Below are positions 15,288-27,623 of a stretch of 64,000 bases of DNA, in pieces. Position 1 is the first letter of the stretch. Each line of letters opens with the position of its first letter. The translations under genes and the position numbers were made by a program. This DNA comes from Paraspadella gotoi (taxonomy: Eukaryota; Animalia; Chaetognatha). The DNA is taken from positions 14,348,682-14,412,681 of the forward strand of contig CM119264.1 of the NCBI GenBank assembly GCA_051294375.1, read 5' to 3'. The notes below the pieces were generated by a model. That model was not told the origin of the DNA. It searched no databases and worked only from the letters and a program-made list of their open reading frames with translations.

Positions 15288-15991
15288 CATCCCTTTCACT
15301 GTTTACTTGTGAAAAAAAAATTATGTACTATCAAAACTAAATTAGCACTGATAAAGACTTGCAAATTAAATCAAAACATGTATGTTTAATCATAATAAAA
15401 AACATTGTTGTTAAATTTTTTTTCTCTAAAATCCAAAAAATTTTCCTTCTATTTTTTATCATTAACAAAGATTTTAACTCAAAATAAAAAATAACTTCTT
15501 TGAAAATTCTGAAAAATGTTTATCTTAATTAAAAACAACTATATAATGGACTCCAACCCCTGTCACCAAACTTGGTTAAATCTGAATAAATATTTTTAGC
15601 TATTAATTTTATTTTACAAAATTATTTTGTCTTTCATTGAAAATATTCTAAAAATATTTGGGCTAAAACCAATTGAATTTCAATGTTGAGCAAATTAAAG
15701 TTTTATATTTGATAAAGATTTTGTTTAAAAATTAATACCGAAAAATATCCTATTTTGTATTTTTTTTAATTTTTAATTTAATTTAATATTATTTGGTTTT
15801 AAATTATTGAAGAAAATATTTCCCTTTTAAATCTTAGCAAATTAGATCATAAGTTTGTCAGTTATATCTTAGTTTTAAAGCTCCTTTCCTCAATTAAAAA
15901 TTGCCTACTTTTATTCAGTTAACTACTAGGTAAACCAAAAAATTGTCTATTACCTATTTAAGAAAAAAATTTTGCCTAAGTTCACCCCTTA
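14074..15991. mobile_element. Non-autonomous hAT-superfamily DNA transposon (~1.9 kb)
   Basis: Perfect 17-bp TIRs: TAAGGGGTGAACTTAGG (14074-14090) and CCTAAGTTCACCCCTTA (15975-15991). 8-bp TSD TTTGGTTC at 14066-14073 and 15992-15999. The interior is very AT-rich with no transposase ORF, and CTAGGTAA/TTGCCTA motifs are subterminal at both ends. Confidence 0.85.
14804..15401. repeat. Hairpin / foldback inverted repeat (~270-bp arms, ~50-bp spacer) inside the hAT element
   Basis: TTTTTATTATGATTAAACATACATG...TGAGGATAGGGTAAGTTTGAGCAGAGAG...GGCAGAGAG is mirrored by CTCTCTGCC...CTCTCTGCTCAAACTTACCCTATCCTCA...CATGTATGTTTAATCATAATAAAAA. The arms differ slightly from each other. Confidence 0.9.
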
Positions 15992-18749
15992 TTTGGTTCG
16001 AACCCCGATTGGCTGGACCGCCGCGCTGGAGGGTTAGCTCAAAAGCTCATTGACTGTGGGGTTGGTGGAGAGTTTGGTTGAACCCTGACGGTTGTGTTCG
16101 ATCGAATGAACGAATCGTCGGATTCAATCAACGGAGGTAACTGAGTTTTCAATCATTATGATTTGTCGCCGACATACGACAGAATGAATATTTATAGCGG
16201 GTAATCAGTAAAAATAAATGTTCTAACATCGACTGTCTAAAATAAAAAAAAATTGCGATGAAATTACCTGTTTAATCAATCATTGCTATTGTTATTAATA
16301 AAGGCTAAATTTTTTTTTTATTTTTGCGACGAAATAAATTCCAAATTGGGAAACTAATTTGATTTTGTTATCGAATGCACAATCGCTTTCGTCGTGGCTT
16401 TCGTCTTCGCCTTCAAAATCGTCGTAGTCATCGTCGTAGTCATCGACATCGCCTTATCTCATCCCTTGTCCTCAGAGACTAATAATTTTCACTCTATTTT
16501 CCCTTAAAACCTAAAAAAAGGGAATATTTCACCTTCTCGGGTTCATTTTTTAAAAAAAGGTGAGATAATACAATATATCGCGAAAAGAAATGAGCCACGA
16601 TCCCTGAACAAGACTCAAGAAAAAAAGGGTTGAAGTTAAACTATGGAAATTGACATTGACAAGTGGTCTAAGAAAGATAGCAATTTTCTCTTGGCTCAAA
16701 CGCCCACTATTTTTTTTTAGCGCCGACGACGACGACTGCCGCGGGCTGACCTCACCCCCTCCCACCCCTGACCTCTCTGCCACCCTCACCCTCCGAGTCG
16801 ATCCCCCCTCAGCATCAAATATGAATAAAAATGACCCTTTGATTCGTAGTTTTCCATCCAGAGTCTCCGAGGTGATAAATGCGAATAAATATCATGAATG
16901 CTTCATCCACAATTTTTCCCATAAACATGAGAAAATCCGATGGTTATTATCCGACTCATAACCTTTGGGTCTATAAGGAACGCCATTTGTCACGGCGCGG
17001 GCTGGCGTGAATCGTCGCAATCAGTGAATCACTCATCCTCGAATTCATTTTCTTTTCGTCTTATAATCGACGTTAGAATATTTTCTCGTTTTCGTCGTCG
17101 TCAGTTCTATCGTTACGCCATCCGCTTCATTGCTCGCCGTCTTCGTCATTTGTCATCCTCGTCATCTTCGTTGTCATCTTCGGTTGTCATCTTCGGTTGT
17201 CATCGTCTCAATTTGTCCTTGTCTTCGAGTTATAGACGTCGTTGTTATGCAGGTCGTTATCAGTTTCGAGTCTTTTTCTTTTTTTCGCTTTTGTTCTTTG
17301 ACATAAAAGTGAAGTATCGTTTTTTGTCTCTTCGTTTGAAAGGAATTTTTAAAATTCATCCGCGATGGGCAATCCGTCCTTCGGAAAAGTCGATATTTCT
17401 TTTCTTTCAATTCAATTTTCTAGAATCGATAAGTCAAATGAGAATAAGTTGATAACCAGTGTAAAGGACAATCCGATTAATTTTTATTAAAAAAGAACAA
17501 AAAATCCTATAATTGAGAATAAGTTCCAACTTGGACAATGCATATTATGTATCCAACGAGAAAAGAAAAGAAGATTTTAAAAAATTTACAAAAGAAACAA
17601 ACAGAGAGAAAAAAAGAAAAACCCTAACGATTCTTCTCGTTCTCTCTGACTGGCGTCTAATGGCAAACCCGGGCTGCAACTCTTTCTTTTTCCCACTGTT
17701 TCGTTCTCTCTCTTCTTTTCTTTTATTTTTCTTTATTCGGCCATTTTTTTTTGTCTCGTGTTCTTTCTTTCTCTTTTTTAATTTAATGTTCTTGTTTCTT
17801 TGCCTTTCGTTTGCCATCTCATTTTCTTTCCTTTAGCGTTGCCCTTTTTTTTTTACATTTTCCGCTTTACGTCTTTACTTTTTTTTTTCTCCTCGTTCGT
17901 CGCCATCTTATATTTTTTTTTTCGTTTTCACTCTTCCCGCTGTCGTCATCAGCACTCGGGCGTGATTTCCACTCAAACATCTTCCTTTTTTTTTTTTTTA
18001 TTACTTTCGTTACTTTTCAATTTTTTTTATCCTTTCCACTTTCAATCTTACCTCTTCTTTCCATCCCTTAATCTCTTTAACATTTTCTTTGACTCCTTCC
18101 TTCTCCCCCCCCTTCGTTCTCCCCTACGCCCCCTCTTGCTTAATCGTCTCCCGTTTTCCCCTTGTTTACCCCCGATGTCGTTTTCATGGACAATTGTGTA
18201 ACATTTGTTTTTCCGACGGGCCTTGTTTTTCGTGGCTTTTGTTATTCGTCGTTGTTTTTTAAATGGGTCTCAGTTTTTCTGCCATTAGTTAACCAACGGG
18301 TAGAAAGCCTTTCAACTGTGTCTAGGTTTTAATGATGTTACTTACTTTAACAAGTCGGCAGGGAACGACTTAATTTTATGTTTAAAAAATGCGACGATTC
18401 TTTCATGGAATTTCATTCAATTGTCCATTAGTTTGTTTGTTTAAAATACATTCAATATACGTTATTGGTATTTACCGCCCAAATTTCTGTCGACGAAATT
18501 TATTTAGAGTGAGATCGATTATCAGAGGCGCAATTTATGCACAATTACAAAGGATTTCTTTTGTGTATTATGTTATCTTGTTTAATTTTGACAAATTAAT
18601 AACGATGGAACAAAACATAAATTACTACCGTCACCGTAATTCAGATTGAGATATATTTACATATACCTAGAATCCGACTCCCCAAATCTTGAGCGAATCC
18701 GAGATCAAAACATTTAACTAGTATAATTCACATTGACGAAGATAACTTC

Positions 18750-18788
<39 letters not shown>

Positions 18789-19045
18789 TCTCTTCTCTTC
18801 TCTCTCTCATCTCTCTCTCATCTCTCTGCTCTCTCTTCTCTCTTCACACACTCTAAAACTGCACCGGTCTCGATCAGCTCTCCGCCGTCCGCACGACGAC
18901 AGCCCGGCCATTCGGACGCGCCCGTCGTCTAGGGCCTCTTCCGTTTTTTGCCTCCGATAAAAAAGTCAGGGGGGATTTTTTTTTCTCTTCTTTCGTGACG
19001 ATTGAAGGGAGGGAAACCAATAACGACAACACGGCGACGCGTGGG

Positions 19046-21334
19046 NNNNNNNNNNNNNNNNNNNNNNNNNNNNNNNNNNNNNNNNNNNNNNNNNNNNNNN
19101 NNNNNNNNNNNNNNNNNNNNNNNNNNNNNNNNNNNNNNNNNNNNNNNNNNNNNNNNNNNNNNNNNNNNNNNNNNNNNNNNNNNNNNNNNNNNNNNNNNNN
19201 NNNNNNNNNNNNNNNNNNNNNNNNNNNNNNNNNNNNNNNNNNNNNNNNNNNNNNNNNNNNNNNNNNNNNNNNNNNNNNNNNNNNNNNNNNNNNNNNNNNN
19301 NNNNNNNNNNNNNNNNNNNNNNNNNNNNNNNNNNNNNNNNNNNNNNNNNNNNNNNNNNNNNNNNNNNNNNNNNNNNNNNNNNNNNNNNNNNNNNNNNNNN
19401 NNNNNNNNNNNNNNNNNNNNNNNNNNNNNNNNNNNNNNNNNNNNNNNNNNNNNNNNNNNNNNNNNNNNNNNNNNNNNNNNNNNNNNNNNNNNNNNNNNNN
19501 NNNNNNNNNNNNNNNNNNNNNNNNNNNNNNNNNNNNNNNNNNNNNNNNNNNNNNNNNNNNNNNNNNNNNNNNNNNNNNNNNNNNNNNNNNNNNNNNNNNN
19601 NNNNNNNNNNNNNNNNNNNNNNNNNNNNNNNNNNNNNNNNNNNNNNNNNNNNNNNNNNNNNNNNNNNNNNNNNNNNNNNNNNNNNNNNNNNNNNNNNNNN
19701 NNNNNNNNNNNNNNNNNNNNNNNNNNNNNNNNNNNNNNNNNNNNNNNNNNNNNNNNNNNNNNNNNNNNNNNNNNNNNNNNNNNNNNNNNNNNNNNNNNNA
19801 AAAAAAAAACAGGTGGCCACTGGTAAACGCCTGGGTCTAAAACGGGGATAGGGGGTGGGAGAGAGTAAGGCAGAAAGGTGGAAGGGTGATTAAGAGGCTC
19901 GAGACTTTTCGCGGTTTATTGCCGCGGAATCCCTGGGTGTTGAAGTGCCATTTATTCGGCGCGAGCGCTACGCCCCCCCCCTTTTCCTTCTTAATGTTGC
20001 GGAATCGAAAGCGGCGCGACCTTTCCCGCGGCCTGGATTTCGTCCAAACGGACTCAGAAGGAAAGGTGGGGATGTGAGGTGAGGTCGATGGCGAAGGAGG
20101 GAAAGGGCGAGGAAAGGAAAGGAATGAGAGGAGAGGGAAATTTAAAGAAAATCACTTCACAAATAAAAAAAAAAAGATTTTCGAAGCTAAAAAAGAATTT
20201 GTGCCGTTTGAGAAACGTAAAAAGAAGAGTGGAAGCGGTCGACGACGAAAGACTTCAAATCTGGATATTGTTGTTTCGTGGATCTCTCTCTCTNNNNNNN
20301 NNNNNNNNNNNNNNNNNNNNNNNNNNNNNNNNNNNNNNNNNNNNNNNNNNNNNNNNNNNNNNNNNNNNNNNNNNNNNNNNNNNNNNNNNNNNNNNNNNNN
20401 NNNNNNNNNNNNNNNNNNNNNNNNNNNNNNNNNNNNNNNNNNNNNNNNNNNNNNNNNNNNNNNTGAAATTACTGAGGAGCGTTGGAGGAATCACTGTGGG
20501 GAGATTCGCAGGGATTTTTGGATTGTGTTTCTAAGGAACGAGAAAAGGAGCATCGAAATGGAAAAAAAGGGAAATGAAAGGGAAAAGATTTTCAAAAAAG
20601 AGAAGATAGATATAGAATGAAAGCTTAAAGAAAATAGAAGGAAGTAAAAGAAAAAAAAAAGAAAGAAAGATTGATCGTATTTCGTCTGCGATCGTATCTC
20701 TTTTTCTCCTTTCATGTCGTTTCTTCTCCAGAGTTTTTACGATTTCCGTCTCGTTCGCTCTGCCCTTCCTCACCTTTTTACACTTTTTGCAGTAATTTCG
20801 ACGATTTGCTCTTTCTAGTCTGTCATCAGTCTGTCATCATATGCTGTCGCTTTGTGTCAGCGGCGAGACGCGTTTTTTTTTCTTTGTATCGTTCTCAAAA
20901 AAAAAAAAGATTCCTTTCTCGTTCAGTTTTAATCAGACGATTGACTTTTTTTAGATTTTTCTTTCTTTTCTCTTTTGTTTTTACTCGAATTTTTTTATTC
21001 TCTTTTTCTCGTTTTATTTTATCGCCATGCCGGCGACGAGGAAGACGACGACNNNNNNNNNNNNNNNNNNNNNNNNNNNNNNNNNNNNNNNNNNNNNNNN
21101 NNNNNNNNNNNNNNNNNNNNNNNNNNNNNNNNNNNNNNNNNNNNNNNNNNNNNNNNNNNNNNNNNNNNNNNNNNNNNNNNNNNNNNNNNNNNNNNNNNNN
21201 NNNNNNNNNNNNNNNNNNNNNNNNNNNNNNNNNNNNNNNNNNNNNNNNNNNNNNNNNNNNNNNNNNNNNNNNNNNNNNNNNNNNNNNNNNNNNNNNNNNN
21301 NNNNNNNNNNNNNNNNNNNNNNNNNNNNNNNNNN
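19046..21334. other. Assembly gaps (N runs 19046-19799, 20294-20463, 21053-21334; further gaps at ~27.8, 29.2, 30.0, 60.1 and 60.5 kb)
   Basis: N characters in the sequence. Confidence 0.99.
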
Positions 21335-21567
21335 TGTTTTCTATCACGATTCTGACGAAATAAATCAAAGATTTAAAGAATTAAAAAGGAAAGAAAGACA
21401 AAATAGGATACAATAAAATAAACAAATATTTAATTAAAGATGAGAATAGCGAAAAAGAAGGAGTGGTAAAAAAAAAGAATTGAAATAAACCAATGCGATT
21501 TCTTTGTAATCGATCATCACAATGTGGATTCTGAAAATTTGTGAAGTTACAGAGAGAGAGCAGAAGA

Positions 21568-21598
<31 letters not shown>

Positions 21599-24366
21599 AG
21601 AGGAGAGGAGAGAGAGAGAGAGAGAGAGAGAAGAGAGAGAGATGAGAGAGAGAGAGAAGAGAGAGAGAGAGCTCAGAGCCTGGAGGCCAGAATGACGGAT
21701 AAAATGACCGTCACTCCATGGCCGCCGATGACGTCACCTTTTGAATCGAAGTTGGCGCGGGGGGAACCCTGAAGGATCTCCAACGGAATAAGCTACGTGA
21801 AGCATTTAATGAAAAAAAAAGGGAGCGAGGAAGGGGAAGGGGGAAGAGGGAAGGGGAAGGGGAAATATGGAGAGGGGGGGGGAAAGGGGGAGGGAGCCTA
21901 CGGTGAGGTGTTAATGGGGTGAAGGGGAATTTCTCGCTTGGGTGATTGTCGTCCTGGTAGTGTTGCGACATTATTTGGGGTAAAAAGACTTAAAACATTA
22001 ATCTTTATCTCTGTCTTCCACCATAATTTTTTCTGTACTCCCACTCTGTTTCGTTCCCTTGTGTTAAATGAAACAAGTAATAATATTACTTAAAACATTG
22101 AATGAACAAACGTCTTGTTCTATTTCCTAACTCCGTTTTCTCTTTTTTTTCCCCTCTTCTTTAAAAAAAAAAGAAAAAAAACCCCGAAATTTAACGCATT
22201 CGACCCCCAATTGGCTTCATTAAGTCCGAGAGGTCATTCAGAGGTCAAGACCGAGCGGAGAGGTTATTTCTTTTCGTCTTCGGGCTGGAAGCGAAAAAGT
22301 TGTTGCGATAATTTATAAGTCAGCTCTCATCTTGTTCAGAGGCGAATCCGAGTTTAACACTATTTAAAGCTTTTATCTCCTGAGTACGCGTCCCAACGAA
22401 TTATGTAGAAATATGTTTTATATGGTGCAATGTTAACTATAACTTTTACAGTGTTTATACTCACAAGATTGAAAGAACGCGTGTGAACCATCTTCACCCT
22501 CACACAACGAATCTTTTTCCGCTCTTCTTCTTCAATCGCTTTCTTTCCCTCGGTTCACTCGCTTTGAGTTTCCATCTTTTAATCTTCGTTTCAAGACTCG
22601 AGCCAAATTGAGACCCCGACCCCATTTTACCCATTTTCCCCCATTTTTCCTCATTTTCCTCCATTTTTCCTCATTTTCCCTCGTTTTTCTTCTCGAGGAA
22701 GAATCGAGCATTTCTCTCCAAAAAGATTATTTTGAGCGTCGTCCATAACCGGGGGTCTGCGTGGTACAAGCGACGACGACGACAACGACGACTAAAGCGA
22801 CGACGACAACGACTACGAAAGAGACGACGCCGATGATGACAACGACCTCGAAGATGGCGACGAGGTCGATGACTCTCCCGACTGGGACGATGACAAACAC
22901 GCTGACCGCAACCCAACGAAACTCTCCGAAACGCGACAACGTTGCTGCGCTGATAGCGACAACGACGGCAGAAAAAAGCGACGACAAAAACGAAGAGAGA
23001 GAAGATTTTACGACAGGAAAAGCGCAAATTTTTTTTAAACTTCAATGTTTACAGTTTTCCTGACAAGTTTATTCTTAGTTTTTTTTCGTTTTTTTTAACA
23101 GAAAAATAAAAGTTTTTTATTGCTTATTCACGTTTCGTTGTGAACTTATATTCGTAAAAATGTCAACAAAGCCTGAGTAAACAGAGGTGTTGAAGAGAAG
23201 GTTCACATTTGTTTTTTTGGTTTTTTTTTATCGCCTTTTTTTCAGTCAATAAAATATTCTATCGCGGAATAAAGCGACGTGAAAATAATAAAATTAAAAG
23301 GAATGAAATTTTGAAATTAGATTGCTATAATTTTAACGTTGTTTAAGTTTTACAAATATAAAGCAAAGTTAAAAAGCTCATTTCAATTTAATGAATAAAA
23401 TCATATTTTACCTTTTGTCCACCACCAACTGGCAACCACTAGAGCGCCACCTCCCGTCAGCTCAATCTCGCCCTCATGGCGAAACCGCGAGTCGAAACTT
23501 GCAGGTGTTGAAAAATCTTCCTTCAGAAGAAAAAGCGCCTCAGGTGAAGCGATGCCCGATTTTAGTGCCACATAAATCAGACAAGAGTGGGGGGGGGAAG
23601 AGAGACTGAGAGCGAGAGAGCGAGAGAGCGAGAGAGCGAGAGAGGGAGAGAGTGAAAGATACCTCCTGTAAATCTCCGGAAGCTCACACTTTAAATAATC
23701 ATTTATGATTCTTCGACGGAACTACGGAGAGGTTAACCATGATTTATTCAGCCCACTAATAATTTTCCATCAACTTTCCTTTAATGTTCCTGGGACGCGA
23801 ACTAGTTTAAATTTGATACAGGTTATCCTGCCTCATGAAAAATCTTAAAAGAAGGAAAATCTCAAAAAACGTGGGGATAAAAAAGATTTTAGCGTGCATC
23901 CTATTTTTCTATAACATACGCACTTTCTCTTCTCATCTTTTCTCTTCTCTTCTCTTCCATTCTCTCTACAGTTTATATAAACTTTTAAACATTTATTTCC
24001 TTCCTTTGCTGAGGAACGAAAGTGATCAAAAAATCGTTAAAATCTCCCCGAATCCCAAAATGAATGCTTCGTCATTGTCGTCGTTCTCTTTGTCGTCTGA
24101 GTCATCGTCTTTCCACCGTTTTGTCTTTGTCATCGACTTTCTTTTCGTCGTCTTCGTCGCTGTCATCCTCTCTCTTCGCCCCTGTAAATGTCTTTGCCAT
24201 GTAAAAAATCTTAATCATAGTCCAACGACAACGTCAATTTAAACAAAAAATTTTTATTCTTAACTTTCCTTTCCCTCCATCGAAAAAGAAAAACAAAGAA
24301 ACTTAAAACATTTCCTCCTTTAATATCAATCGAGAGCACAACCGATTTAAGATTTCGCTCCGAAGC

Positions 24367-24367
24367 T

Positions 24368-24455
<88 letters not shown>
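24367..24455 (+). repeat. (GTC)n microsatellite, about 29 units
   Basis: Pure gtcgtc tract seen directly. Confidence 0.95.
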
Positions 24456-24626
24456 GTTTTCACCCCAAATTCAATTCCTATCCACCCCATCGATTCCTTT
24501 CACCGTCCAAATGTTCACTCCCCTCCTTTTAATTTTCTATCTCATTGACCTAACAAGACGACCGATTTAAAGGAAAGGGGGAGAAAGGAGAGAGGGAGAT
24601 AATCGGTGTGTGAGTGTGAGAGAGAG

Positions 24627-24679
<53 letters not shown>

Positions 24680-25093
24680 CATTGGACGGACATTTCGTAA
24701 CATGACTTTGGAAATATTCAAATAAAATCATTACAATCATACAATTTTATTACTTCGACTCTAAATGACTTTATCATAAATTATATTGTATTCATTTAAA
24801 TAATTCATCGTCATTATCAGTCTGTCTTCATCTTCTGCTTCAAGAACATCTCATCATCATCATCACTCATCATCGTCATCGTCATCATCATCATCATCAT
24901 ATCATTCATCATCATCATCATCATGATATACATCATCATGATAATCATCATCAATCGTCCGTCGTCGTCGTTCGTCCTTTCTCAAAATCGAGTCCGATGT
25001 AATTTCGAAATTTAGAAACATCCCCTCCCTCATTCCCTCCTCCCCCCCCACTATCCCACATCTCCCCCCCCAATTCCCTCTCCCCCCCACTAG

Positions 25094-26265
25094 CCCCAAT
25101 ATTTCCACCCGGGGCTCGTCCTCATCCTTCCTCTCTTCCTCCTCGGCCTCCTCGCCCTGCTTGTATCGCGGCGGGATCCCGCCAACAAGAGAGGCACTCA
25201 TCCCCGAGGGTTCGGCCCCGGGGGTCGGTCCCCGGGGCTGCATCACTCCCCCCACATCATGGCCTCCATCCACGGGGGGTCCTTCATCGATACGACGGGT
25301 GAGGGGGGCGGCAAATTCCTGGCAAATTATTTAATTATTTAATTATTTTATTGTATCGNNNNNNNNNNAGTATATACATAATTATTTTATTGTATCGTTT
25401 CCGATCTTTTCCTTGTTAAATGAGATTAATAATATTGTACATTGTACAACCATTTTCCAAATGAGATTGGGACACGTTTCGTTCTTTGTTCAGACCTTCA
25501 TCAGAGATTGTGAAAAAGTTAGAGATATTGAGGGAGAAATAAAATTATTATTATTATTATATTTTATAAATATAGAGCTCAAATTGAAAAACTAAAAACT
25601 GAAAATGAAATTGTTTTTACTAATTTTGGGGCATTTTTAAAAAAACGCCTATTTTCCGCTTGAATTATGAATCAAATTATTTTTTTAGGTTTAGAAATTA
25701 ATTTAGGAATTCGGGTTAAGTTTTAGGTTTGGGATTAGAGTTAGGTTAGAGATTATCCTAACCCTCATCTTATCTTCCTGCAGGCCTCCCAGAATCCGCG
25801 ACCCAAGAAGACATCGTGATGATGACTGATGGCGCCGGCGCCACACTCCTCACCCACGCCTCCGCCGCCGCTCCCTACCTTCAAGAGTGTCCCATGACAG
25901 CGCAGCGTCACGTGGCGCCGCTGACTTCGACGACGCCGCGAATCCCGTTGACGGCGTCGCACTCCTTCGGCGGCGGCGGCCTCGTCGGTGGCGGCGTCGG
26001 CGGCACCGGCACGCTCGTCTTTGGCGCCGCGGAGAAGTGGCGCGCCGGTGAAGACCACCACCACTCGGGCGGCGTCGGCGGCGGAGTCGTGGGCTGCGTC
26101 GGCGTCGGCGTAGTTGGCGGCGGAACGTACGCCGATCTTCCCGCGTCTCTGTCGTCGGTCAAGGACGCGTCGTTCCATTCTTTGGTGGATTTGGAACAGG
26201 TGAATCTCGACGGGCGACTTGGGGGATTGAGGATGCCTGCTCGAGTTGACAGTGACAGCGAATGA
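25094..26265 (+). CDS. Last two exons of an unidentified membrane protein (TM helix plus low-complexity Gly-rich tail)
   Basis: Exon 25094-25298 (tag|PQYFHPGLVLILPLFLLGLLALLVSRRD...FIDTTG|gtgagg) and exon 25784-26265 (ctgcag|GC LPESATQEDIV...RVDSDSE*). Phase 1 matches. Both are GC-rich islands in AT-rich flanks, and a hydrophobic helix is followed by basic residues. Confidence 0.6.
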
Positions 26266-26584
26266 ATGAAAAAATGATGAACATTTTTTTGCCAAATGTC
26301 AAAATTTTCGGTGATTTTCAAGAGGTGGATACTAAGAAATGTTTCAGAATATATAAGAAATTTTAAAATATTATCTATGTCTGTCCTTAAAAAAAATACA
26401 AAAAGAACTTTGAAAATCCAAGAATATAACCTTGAATTTCAAATCATCCTTAAAATTTTCCGCGAAGTTAAATTCGTACTTAATCGTACTGCTAAAATAT
26501 TCCAGTCGTTCGCTGCTCAGTGCGGCCAATTTATTTGCATAAAAAGAGCCTTTTTTAAGGAGGAAGTCTAATCTTTCAAAAATA

Positions 26585-26672
<88 letters not shown>

Positions 26673-26951
26673 GCTCTCTCTCCTCTGATTTAATCCTAAT
26701 TCCTCTACCGAGAAATGTTTTGACTCTCATACATGTCTGGCGTTTCAAACAACGGAGAACATATTTATTTTGCATAGTGTTTTGAGAACCAAACATTCTC
26801 TCTCTCACTCCTGCAGTCGTCCACCCTTGCTTAATCCTGAATCATCCCATTCAACTTATATCGCGTCTCTGCTTATCATTTTTGTTTTTAAACCAGCCCT
26901 TCATATACAATACTTTTCTGTGTCATTCTCTGTTTTAATCCTCGTCTCTCT

Positions 26952-27003
<52 letters not shown>

Positions 27004-27586
27004 TCTCTCTCTCTCTTCTCTCTCTTCTCTCTCTCTTCCTTCTTCCCCCAAGAATGCATATCATTCCCCTCGTTCTTTTCGCTCCCCGCAGATGACGCGT
27101 TTCAGAAGGTCGATCTAAAATGCAAATCTCTCCCGCGGTCGTCTCTCTCGTCTCTCTCCCTTCCTTCTCTCCCCTCATCTCTCTCATCTCCTCTCTCTCT
27201 CTCCCTTCTCTCTCTCTCTCTCTCTCTTCTCCTTCCCATCTTCCCATCTCTCTTCTCTCTTCTCGACCCTCAACCTCTCTTCTTTCTTTCTTACACAGAA
27301 GAAAATGAAAAAGAATAATAAAGAATAAATTCCTCTCTTTTTTTCGTGCGAGAATTTAAATGGGAAGATTTTTCTACTTTTCTCGCTTACTTTTTTTTCG
27401 TGGGCGGACGACGCCGTTCGTGTCACGTGAAAATGGCGGCGTCGCTGAATGGGCGACAGAAAGGGGAATCTGTGAAAAGGCAACTGTGATGATGTGGAAG
27501 CGTGAATCAGTCGGGGAATCAAAAGGAAAATGGAGTAACACAATTAAAGGGATATTTGAGATTAAAGTTGGAATTTTTCGCCTCCT

Positions 27587-27623
<37 letters not shown>

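Larger units (their letters stand above)
11614..15405. repeat. Third copy of the ~1440-5280 segment (same orientation), starting right after a 25-N gap
   Basis: 11614 GAAAGAAAAAAGCTATTTGGTCTCTCC matches ~1437-1465. The match is colinear through the exons, TIR and hairpin. Confidence 0.93.

Noticed and set aside
14074-15991. Tc1/mariner interpretation (TA TSD with 15-bp TIRs)
   Set aside because: A perfect 8-bp direct repeat lies immediately outside the TA, which fits hAT better, with TA belonging to the TIR.
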